DNA of 64,000 nucleotides from Azolla caroliniana (taxonomy: Eukaryota > Plantae > Polypodiophyta). Position 1 is the stretch's first letter; every line of letters begins with the position of its first letter. The notes beneath the pieces are model-generated. The model did not search any database. It was not told the origin of the DNA and saw only the letters and a program-made list of their open reading frames with translations. Shown here in pieces: positions 12,101 through 22,401 of this stretch. Both the position numbers and the translations under genes were made by a program. The DNA is taken from assembly GCA_043228905.1 (NCBI GenBank), contig JBHGNT010000002.1:11408001-11472000 (forward strand). The letters are read 5' to 3'.

Positions 12101-15100
12101 CCTTCATTGCCGAGAAGGCCTCTACCTTGGTCGGCGATGGCTTCCGGCCGTACGACCCACATAGATGGCCCACCACTAAGATCGCTAGCTGTCTGAAGGC
12201 CGACTTTTCTCCCGAGAAGGTAAGCCACGCATCTTTGAGCCTCTATAGTATCTTCTCGTAGTCGGAGATATGGTCTGTGACGAACCTTCGGCACCCGTCC
12301 GCGCCGATCGATTCATCCTTGGTGTCCTCCAGACACCCCTTTATAGGGATGTCGTCCAGGAAAGGCATGGTGATGTCCGGAATGCAGTCCCGCAAGACTC
12401 TGTTCATTGCATTCACCATGTGTGCCACCGAGTTGGTCCCTCATTGTGGTAGGGTACACATTCAATCTAGACCGAGAGGGGTTTGCATTGTTAATATGTC
12501 CTTGCTTTCCACAGCTAGCTGGAACTTGTCGTACCCCGAGAAAAGTTCTCCGACCGAGTATATGGACCTTTCGGCGAAGGCTTCCGCAAACTCATCGATC
12601 GACGACCCAACTCCCGTATTGTGGATGGTCACCTTGTTGACCGGTTGTAAGACCTAGATGAAGCACAGCGTACTGTTCTTCTTTGGTACCACAAACCACC
12701 AGTTAGAGTAAGGGGTACTTGATGGTTCGAGAATGCCCAGCTCCACCTTCTGCTTAGGAAGCTCCATCAACATTACCATGTGAGCTCTCGGTACTTGAAT
12801 TGGTTTGAGACTCCATGGCACGTGTAGCACAGTAAAGATCACCATTGGTTCGACAATGGTTGGGTTTAGGGCATCCTTCTGAACCGGTCCTCTTCCACCG
12901 GTAGTAGGAAGCCACCCTCACCGATCTTCAGCTCCTGTAGCGTTTTGTCAAATGAAACGGTGTCCTATGCCGACCGGATCCCGCAAGCTCGGGTCGGTAG
13001 CGACCCCCTTTATTCGTTACCAGCTGCCCTCCGGTAAGGGCGCAACAATGGCCTTCATCTTCCGGTCCACAGTCTTGTACTTGGTGTCTACTCGGGCGAT
13101 CTGATGCGCCTTGGTTTTTCTTTCAAAGTCAGCAGTGACTTCAAACATGTCTACCGAATTGATCGGTATGACTCGGTCTTCGCTTAGGCCTCCTTCGACT
13201 ACTTTCCCGATTTCTCCAAGGGTGTCATCGAATGAGACCACCTCCATGGCTTCCCCAATCCCTTCATCGCGACTTAAGGCTCTGCACGCCCTTAAGCGTA
13301 TCTCGGCCCATTTTCTTTCTCGACCACTGATGCTGGCTATGGTACATCCCCCGTTGTCAGAGAACAAAAGTTTCCTTCCTATTTTATAGGTGTGGGGAAT
13401 TTTCCGGCTATTCATACTATCGCGGCCCCACGCCTTGATAGCCCTTTCTAAAAATCCGCCTTGTCGTTATTTCCGAGGGTGTCCCTATTCCGCTCGTGAT
13501 TCTTCCGAACGGTCAAAAATTGGACGGAATGACGGCCATCCTGACTTATTAGCCTTGCATAGGCTAAACCATTGACCATAACTTTCGTCTCCATTCTAGC
13601 CGCCGTGATGTATGGTTCGCCAAGGATGACCGGGTGGGAGGACGTCTCTTGCACGAAAAAGTGTTGGTTTATATCGATGTCTCCGACGCTCACCCTGACG
13701 TTCAGGCAAGCCCCGTGTAGTTCTTTTGTGGCTCTTGTAGCCGCACGTATCTTCCACCCGTGTTTGGTGTTGATCAACCAATTCCCCTTTTTGTAGAAGT
13801 CCATGGACATTAGGTTAATTTCCGACCCGTGGTCAATTAATGCCACCACCGGTTCCTTCACGTCCCCGATACGAACCGGGGTTTCTGTAGTCGCTCTTGC
13901 CCAGTGTGGCCTGGGGTAGTGGATCTCCACAAGCTCGTCTTCCGCGGCCATCTCGTCGAGGAGTGCCGCCCTTACCTCATCGGCTTCTCAGGATCCAGTT
14001 CTGTCGCAAGACACTTTCTCTTCACGAGGTCCACGATGTTGTCGTGGAATTCCCTTCTCACTATGCCAAGCACTTCCCTAAGCGTGAGTTCTACGCGACT
14101 GTCGAGGACTCCTTCCTCTAGAACCTTCTGTAGGTTCGTTGTTTTCTCGATCTCCGAGCTTAAACGGAAGCTTGGAATCCTGCCCTTCTCCTTCTCCTAG
14201 GACCCGGTCGGAGTGGCATCATGCCTTTTTGCCGCGCTCCGGGTGTCGTACCTCCCCGAAGGTCCCGCTCCCCCGGTTTTCCCCACTCGCCTTTCATCAA
14301 TCAGGGCCTCGTAGTTCTTGCACGCAGCCTCCACGAAGCCGGTCCTCTCCTCAACGGTGTCACTCAAGCCGGTAACTTCGTGCACTCGCTCCTCCGCTTC
14401 TCCCTTCTGCAGCCTTCCTCCGGACAAGGTCTCGAGAATAACCGGCGAGAACTGAGGTTTAGAATCGGGTTTGGCTATCTTTTCGCCTACGCAGATGCCA
14501 ATCGAAGCCGAGTAATGGACGGCTTCGACGTGCTGTGCCGCGGCCTCTTCCATTAGCCTCTTCATTCCACCTCGTCCAAAATTCGTGTCAAGCAATCTTC
14601 GTGTGTCGCTCGCATGTATCCTACCATTCGAAAGATAAAGTACATTACTTCTGAGCGCTTCACCGAGGTCTGCGCAGTCTCTCCGAGAATTTCTGGTGGC
14701 GTCGCACCATATGCACCTCTGATTGGTCGGCGGTCGTCAGTCACGCGGTTGACCCTCGTCGCTTTGTCGGGCCTGGACGATTTGGAGGTCGCGCACCATC
14801 CTTGTTAGTTCTTCGAGTCCTGCGCCACCTGCAAGCCCCACGACTACGTTTGCCAGGGGTGGGCCTAGCTCGAGCCACCTCCTCGTTTCTTCCATTCGTG
14901 TCGGTGTCGACTCTGCTCTGGTTTCGATAGTTGGTTCGGCCGTCGAGGACCCCCTTTCTTTCCAATCTCGGCGTTTGTCAATCCTGTTGCATACTTCTTT
15001 GACGGTCGCCCAGTCAGTCGTGAAACCGTGGTTGGTTTCTAGAAGAAGACCCACGCTTTCCCGGACGCGCGAGTCAAACAACGTAACGAAAAACAGGACT

Positions 15101-18016
15101 TTCCTCGTTTCGAGCACAGTTCGGTCCAATCTAGAGAGCCACACGAACTGTGACTCGAACTCCTGGAGGAGCGCCGAAGTGTTCTGACCCTTGTCGGGGT
15201 TGTTGACCCAATCCATAAAGTCTTTTCTCGATAGCCGAAGCGAGTCGTCGTAGCTGTATCTTTCGAGAACTTCCTCCGCGAATTCCGCCCAATCATGGCA
15301 GCCCGCTTGTATTTCGACCATCTCCGTATGGATGTGTGGTGTCACGACCCGGGGAAACCCTGTCAGCCATCTATCCTCGGGTATATTCCTCATCTGCATT
15401 TCAGATTTGTAGGCCTCTAAGTAACCCGTGGCGTCTTTCCCACTGAACCGGCCTATCTTGTCAACCGTTGCTTCTATGGCCCTGTCGAGGGCACTCGCGC
15501 CCTCGCGAGTGCTAACCAGGCGGTCTACCGCCTCTGTCATTGCTTCTGCAAGTTCGCTCCCTCTCATTTTCAGATTCCTTTGCCACCCCTCTTCACATCG
15601 GGTTCACCAAAGATGTCGAGAAAATCCTTGCAGATGCGTAGAAGTTGGGGAGGACCGCGGGGGTCTTGAACCAAGGAATCAAGAAATGAGGAAGAGTCGG
15701 TGGTTTACATGAGCCCTAAGACCGCGGTTTAAACAGAGAAGGTTAGCGAAACGAGAGAGATAGTGTAAGAGGATCGTCTGTAGACACGGGCATAGACAGA
15801 GAAGCTAAGAACAACTTGCGTTCGGCAGATAAGTTTCTATTAATCGATAAATGCATGTAGCGTTGTGGGTGATTACAACCGGATCAGTGCCGGTGGTCGA
15901 GCGTAGGCTCTACAATAGTCAGACACAAAGTGGAGTAGGCTCACAGAAGGTCGATCCCTGGTCGGGAGCACTCAAGTGTCTGATGCGAGCAGGGGAAGCG
16001 CCTTCCGGTGATATGTCGTAGGACTCCTCATCTGGTCTCCTCCTTGTTCCCTTTCTCCTCTCTCGATTACTTCCCCCAGAATGACATCCCTTCTAACAGT
16101 CAAAGGTCACCCCGTTTATAGCACAAGGAGCACCCGTTACAAGGCATTCATGACTTGTCGCTTTCCCTTCCTAGATTCTCCCCCTTGATTCGCTCTCCTT
16201 GTAACTCTCCCTACTTACACGATGTTTGAATCCCTATTAATGCCTTAACTACCTATGCCTAGTACTTACACTATTTAATTCACTAGGGGTGTGCACTCGT
16301 GCACACCAGTGCTCGCGCGCATTTCACCTTGATTCCACCTATGGCCCGGAATCTTCACGACAATGTGAAGACGGCGTTCCTTCACGGTGACCTCAAAGAA
16401 GAGATCTACGTGCAGCAACCTGAGGGATTTGTGAAGAAAGGGAAGGAGCACCTGGTTTGCCGACTAAAGAAGAGCCTCTACAGTTTGAAGCAGGCTCCCC
16501 GGCAATGGTACCGGAAGTTCGACTCCTTCATGACCGATCAAGGGTACCACAAGATGCAGGCCGACCACTGCGTATTTGTGAAGAAGTTTGAATGTGGAGA
16601 CTTCCTGATACTCCTCTTGTACATGGACGACATGTTGATCGTCGGACGAGACCAAGTCAAGATATGGATGCTGAAGAAGGCCCTGAACCAGACCTTCTCA
16701 ATGAAAGACTTGGGGATGCATATCATCTGGGACCGGTAAAAGAAGCAATTGTAGCTGTCACAAGAAAAGTACATGACAAAGGTGCTTCAGCGGTTCAACA
16801 TATCAGATGCGAAACCGGTCAGATCGACACTCTCGGCAAACTACAAGTTATCCGGTAAGCAAAGCCCGAAAACGAAGGCAGAGAAGGCGGATATGATGAA
16901 GATACCATATGCGTTTGCCGTCGGGAGCTTAATGTACACAATGGTGTGTACCCAACCGGATATCAGATACGCAATCGGAGTGGTGAACCGGTTTATGAGC
17001 AATCCCGGCAAGGAGCACTGGAATGTAGTAAAATGGATACTCCGGTACTTGAAAGGCACCTCAAGTATGTGTCTCCGATTCGGCTCCGGTAAACCCCAAC
17101 TTGACGGTTTAACCGATTCGGAGATGTTGGTTGATGCGGATACTAGCCGGTCAACATCGAGATATGTTATGACATATGCAAGGGGAGTTGTTTTGTGGCA
17201 GTCGAGGTTGCAGAAGACGGTTGCGTTGTCAACCACGCAGGCAGAGTACATGGCGGAGAACGGGTCGGATATGCTGACCAAAGTGCTGACACCCGACAAG
17301 CTAGATGCATGCAGGAAGAGGATCGGATTGACGAGGCATCCTATGCAAGAGTGAAGGGAAAGTTTGTTAGGATTTCGGTCCCTCCGGATGGGATGTGAGT
17401 ACCCAGCAAGGAAGGCCCGGTGAGAACCGGATGATACATATCCCGGCGAGAACCGGATGATGAGTACCCGGTAAGGAAGACCCGCTGAGAACCAGATGAC
17501 GCAGGCCCGTTGAGAACCTCTCACCAAATGAAGGGACATATATGTAAATATGTTTCTGTTAGCCCATTGTGGCTATATTTGTAAATAGCCCGACAGTCAT
17601 ATTAGTATAAATATGACCTAGGGCAAACAGAGTGTGTGTGTATCATTGTGTTGTCATTATTCTGTATAGAGTTATTGGTGTAACTGTTGTACAGAGCGTA
17701 GCAGAGGGAAAGATAGAGAGACAGAGAGAGACAGAGAGAGACAGAGTGAGTCTCTGTTGTAATTGGCGCCAGGCGAAGATTGTGAGCACGAGGTCGTTGC
17801 CTCTGTGTTCCCCTCTTGTATTCTCCTTACATAGTGATAGTTTAGAGTCTGTGGGCTCCTGTGGTTTTTCCCATTTAGGATTTTCCACGTTAACATCCCG
17901 TGCTTTCTCTTTTGTTTGTGTACTTACTTCCATTTCTCATTTTTTTCTGTGTTTGATTATCATTAAGTGATCTAAGCTTCGGTTGTGGCCGAAGATTATT
18001 CCACATATTCTCTTCA
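5811..18016 (+). mobile_element. Ty1/Copia element, near full length and decayed: LTRs 5811-6420 and 17365-18016, PBS 6424-6436, gag-PR-IN-RT-RH, interrupted by Gypsy 9270-16362
   Basis: Homologous LTRs beginning TGTTAGGATTTCGG, PBS TGGTATCAGAGC, WVVDSGASFH, LWHKRLCH, HTDVC, LLYMDDML and a PPT at ~17347-17364. No matching TSD. Confidence 0.9.
9270..16362 (-). mobile_element. Ty3/Gypsy element, full length and decayed: LTRs 9270-9990 and 15614-16362, tRNA-Trp PBS 15592-15609
   Basis: LTR pair TGTCGAG...CACGACA, TSD ACGC/ATGT, gag 14737-15567, protease ALIDHGSEIN, RT PFLDD, RNase H, integrase His/Cys motif and PPT. Confidence 0.92.
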
Positions 18017-19322
18017 ACCACTTTGTCCACGAGATTGTCCTCTACGATGAAGTCGAACTTCAGTATGTTCCAACGGATCGGCAGACCGCCGACATTTTCA
18101 CCAAGCCCCTTGGTCACGACAAGTTGCGGCAATTCTCGGGTACGCTTGGGTTGCGACACCACGATGTGCCGAACTTGAGGGGGAGAGAAGTCTGGAAGAC
18201 CACGGAATGGAGCAGGAAAGGAGCGGGAGAGACCGTGACGCCGAGTCGGATGACGAATTCGATTTTGGGTTGGCTGAAGAAGCCGATGGTGGATCCGCAA
18301 AAGGGTTCGAAAGCGGACGTGAGGGCAGCAGTCAAAAGAAAGAGCCAAAGCTAGCCAAGTGTGGGTGAGATGAAGCCAACTCGGATGAGAGCGAAAACCA
18401 ATCGAAGGAAGCTGATTCGGTTTGGATGTTTGATTCAGAGACGCCGAATCAACCGAGGGCCAAGCAGAAGAAAGGGCAGCCAAAGAGGCGCCAACACTAC
18501 GACAACAAGGGAGCTAAGAAGGGCCGCACGAGCACACACGCCGACTAGAAGGGTCGAGGCGCGCAGAATCAAATAGGTCGAGGAGCGCAAGCGAGCCGTG
18601 AAGCTAGAAGAAACCGGAGCGGTGATCCGGAAGAACCAGAAGAGCCCTAAGTTGAACTTGAGGGGGAGTGTTGAGATACAAGCTCAACATTGGCCGGATC
18701 GGCTATGCAAGCCGAGAACCGGATCGGTTGGGACTGTTCAGTTAGGCCAGACTGGTGTGTAAACCGGTGCGCAACAAGAAGCCGTAGCGGTGCGTAAATC
18801 GCGAGGTCGTTGGAAAGATATTCCACGTAGGAATATATTTTGGGAGTTAGTGTAGAGCTCGTTTATGAGCATTGAAGTACGTGTTAGTACTTCTGTCAGT
18901 CCGTATGGACTTGTATAAAAGTGCTCACTAAGCATATTCTATGTACAGACTGAGTATTATTTTTTGAATAGAGTTGTGTGTATTGACTCTCTCTCTCTCT
19001 TTTTATCGTAATTACCTTACCCTAGTGGAAAGTCGATAACACTACAAGCACTGTGTCTTGGGTTTGAAACCCAATTTCCTCACCTCTCTATTATATACTT
19101 CATATATATCTCTATTTCACTAGATGCCACTGTGGAATGTAGGGGTTGAACCCATGACCACCTGGTCTCCATTGGGCAACCTTACCAACTGAGCTACATC
19201 CATCTGGGCTCTCGCACTCTCTCTCCCTCTCCCACATACTGTGTGTGTGTCCAAGCTCTCCATTAAACCTGTGTTTTCCTACGTTTTGCTTTCTGTTGCT
19301 TCCGCACATTGTTCTTTTTACA
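18017..19322 (+). mobile_element. 3' end of a Copia element (RNase H end, 3' extension, PPT, 3' LTR 18669-19322)
   Basis: HFVHE...YVPTDRQTADIFTKPLG and PPT GAGGGGGAG. The LTR is the reverse complement of the LTR family at 36239-36681 and 54355-54797. Confidence 0.88.
19134..19201 (-). mobile_element. tRNA-derived SINE-like head inside an ~210-bp insertion (~19001-19215) in a Copia LTR
   Basis: Minus-strand A box TAGCTCAGTTGG, B box GGTTCAACCCC and acceptor-like stem GGATGTAG/CTACATTCC. The segment is absent from sister LTRs. Confidence 0.65.
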
Positions 19323-20049
19323 CGTAATATAGACCATCGTATAAATATTGCACCTAGTGTTGCACCAATAAGTATACCTCCTTATCGCTTAAGTTGATCC
19401 GAAGAGGATGAGGTATCTACACAACTCAAGGACTATTTATGAATGGGTTATATACGTTATAGTAAATCTCCATGGGTTGCACCTGTTCTCTTGGTAAAAA
19501 AGAAAGAGGGTACATGGCGTATGTGTATTAATTACCAACAGTTGAATAAACTGACGATCAAGAATTCATATCCATTGCCCCGGACTGACGATCTAATCGA
19601 CCGTCTCCAGGGAGCTCGGTATTTTACGAAACTTGATCTTCGTACGGGCTACCATCAAATTCGTATGAGTGAGGACGATGTTCCTAAAATGGCATTTCGT
19701 ACGCGCTATGGCCATTACGAGTTTTTGGTCATGCCTTTTGGTTTGACCAATGCTCTGACCACATTTCAACAAGAAATGAATGACATTTTCCGAGAACAAC
19801 TTTGAAAATTTTTCGTTATTTTGTTGGATGATATTCTAGTTTATAGTCGTACATTAGAAGAACATGCTACCATGTCCGCTTTGTTTTACAAACATTGCGC
19901 AACAAGCAATTCTACGCGAAGATCTCAAAATGCGAGTTCTTCAAGAAATCAATTACTTGTTCTAAAAGTTAGCATGCGGAAGCGTTAGACAAACCAGCTC
20001 AGCAAGATAGCAACAGAAAATGAGAAAACGTTTCATGGAGAACTTAACA

Positions 20050-20081
<32 letters not shown>

Positions 20082-20085
<4 letters not shown>

Positions 20086-21077
20086 TTATATTATCGTCTT
20101 CGGAGGTCAAATATGACTTATGAGATCAAAAATATTACATTTCACGTTATATGTGTGAAAGTGAGTAGTGACTCTCGATGTTCAAGAGCTTTACCAATGA
20201 ATGTTGCAATCAAGAGTGCACATTGTGGTTGTGAGAGGAATTCATGCAAAGATTGGGCTTGATCGAAGAGATGTGGAAAGCATGGTCGAATATGATCAAA
20301 GGCAGAGCATTGTATCAAAGTGTGATACTCAGACTCGCAAACTTGTTTAGGGCAAAGTGTGCATAGCCGACCATTCTCATCACTTGTGCCCCAACTCCCT
20401 GTTTCACATCGCAATGCATGTGAGCTAAGTCGCATGGAAGCAATGGTTCGAATGGTAGATAATGGTATGGGCTCTGACATGTATGGATGTGTACGATTTC
20501 CCCATTCCGCAAAGAATATGGTTTTGTAGTTAGGTGCAACATGTGTAGTATAATGTGTGAAGCGTGAGCCTCCACATTTGTCCCATGTCATGATACATTT
20601 GCGTTGCAAAAATGCCTCATTTACAAAGGAATTTAATGATGCATCATGAAGCAAGTGTCTCGCATCCCATCTACCAAACCATTTTTCTATATCTTGCATC
20701 CAACCGGAACACAAAATTTTGCTTTTATGCATCTTTTGGATCTTTTTGCTTGCTTCCCACGCAATTCTAGGAAGTCGATGTGAGGAACTTTTTTGAACCT
20801 TAAGCATGTATTCAACAACCCTTTCCATGGCCATGATCTCAATGGGAAGCGATCCCGTCTCAAGGAGGAGGAGGGTGTAGGGCGTTTGTTTCTTAACTTG
20901 TAGAAACTTGGTAAGAAAATGCTTTTGCACATTTTCAAACTCTTTCCACATAGATTTAAGGATGCTACCGCCCCATACTTCCACCCCATAGAGAAGAACC
21001 GGGGTCACCAAAGTGTCGAAAAGATATTTCTTGAGGACCCAACACTTAATATCTCCAAGATTGCATGTGTTCTCAAG
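20082..21077 (-). mobile_element. 5'-truncated non-LTR retrotransposon (LINE, RTEX/L2-like ORF2 C-terminus) inserted in the (AG)n tract of a Copia LTR
   Basis: ORF 20142-21011: PVLLYGVEVWG...ENVQKHFL...LLETG...LRCETG.W...RLCTLC...ESEYH.LIQC. Flanked by (AG)n on both sides and absent from the partner LTR. Confidence 0.85.
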
Positions 21078-22373
21078 AGAGAGAGAGAGAGAGAGAGAGA
21101 GTAGAACATAAACTCAATTCAAAATATCACTCTGAAAACTCTGTACATACAACGTGCTAAACAACACTATTTATATAAGTCCTCAAATGGATTGACAACA
21201 GTATTATGTACTTCAATGCTCATATGACCGACTCACATTAGCTACGAGACAATGATTACCTAGTAGTCTAGGCTACTACTAGGCTTCCGGTTCGCACTCC
21301 AATCCGGCTCTCCAATTTGTCTCCCCGATCCGGCCGGTTGTTTCCATATACCGATCCGGCTCATCCCCCTGGATGTCGATCCGGCTCTGGCTTATTCAAC
21401 CAATCTGTATCCGATTGAGCTTGCTCGCTCAACACTCCCCCTCAAGCTCAACTTGAGGTTGGATCGTGGTGTTAGTGTCTGTGGCAGTCGGTCCTTCCAC
21501 CCGGCTCCTTCTGGCGTCGTTCCGCCTTGCTCGCGCTCCTCGTCTAGTCCGCCTCCGCTTCCCGCAACCCATCCGGTACTGCGCACCTCGACCTCCTTGG
21601 TCGGCTTGTCTGCTCAACAGGCCCATTTCAGCTCCTTCACTGTTATGACTCTGGCGATTGTCGATTCATCGATTCCTCCTTGTCGGTGTCGACTTCCGTT
21701 GTCTTCTTGTCCAGGTGGCCTTTGGATGATCCGGCTTCTCCGAATCGTGAACAAAATCGGTTTCCTCTGATTCCTTCTAGGTCTTGTCAGAGTTGGTAGT
21801 CTCCAACTCGTCTTCCGTTTTAGACCCTTCACCGCATCGAACCGCGTCCGGGTCTTGGCCTTCTTCCGGTTGGCTCTGTCCTTCTTGACTCTGCCACCTA
21901 TGCCGACTCCTTCGGTCGACTCGGCTTCCTTTTTCCTCCTATCGCCCCCCTTGGTTCTTCCTTCCTCTCTGGCTCCTTGTCTGGTGCCATTCATTCCCGT
22001 TCCTATTCTCCCCCTCAAGTGCGGCACATCGAGGTGTTGAATACCGAGCATCTCCGAAAAATGTTGCAACTTGTCCAATCCTAGCGGCTTTGTGAAGATG
22101 TCGGAAACCTTCTAATCCGTGTGAACATACCGAAGTTCAACTTCACCACTCAGGACCTGCTCACGAACAAAGTGATAATGCATTTCTATGTGCTTTGTCC
22201 GAGCATGGAATATAGGGTTCTTAGCGAGCTGAATGTTGCTCATGTTGTCATAGTAGATCAGGATCAAGGTCGGTACCTCAATCCGGAGATCACGCAGCAA
22301 TCGCCGAAGCCAGATGGCTTCACAGATGGCATTGGTAGAGCCCCGGTACTCAACCTCAGTGCTCAACAGAGCC

Positions 22374-22401
22374 AGGGTTTAGGGTTTAGGGTTTAGGGTT
22401 T
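22374..22401 (+). repeat. Interstitial plant telomeric repeat (AGGGTTT)x4
   Basis: Four perfect units between two paralogous Copia RNase H regions. Confidence 0.9.

Noticed and set aside
19134-19201. Functional tRNA gene
   Set aside because: No well-formed anticodon arm, and it lies in an insertion within an LTR, so SINE-like is more plausible.
22374-22401. True chromosome end or ancient fusion site
   Set aside because: Only four units in one orientation, inside a TSD-bounded retroelement.
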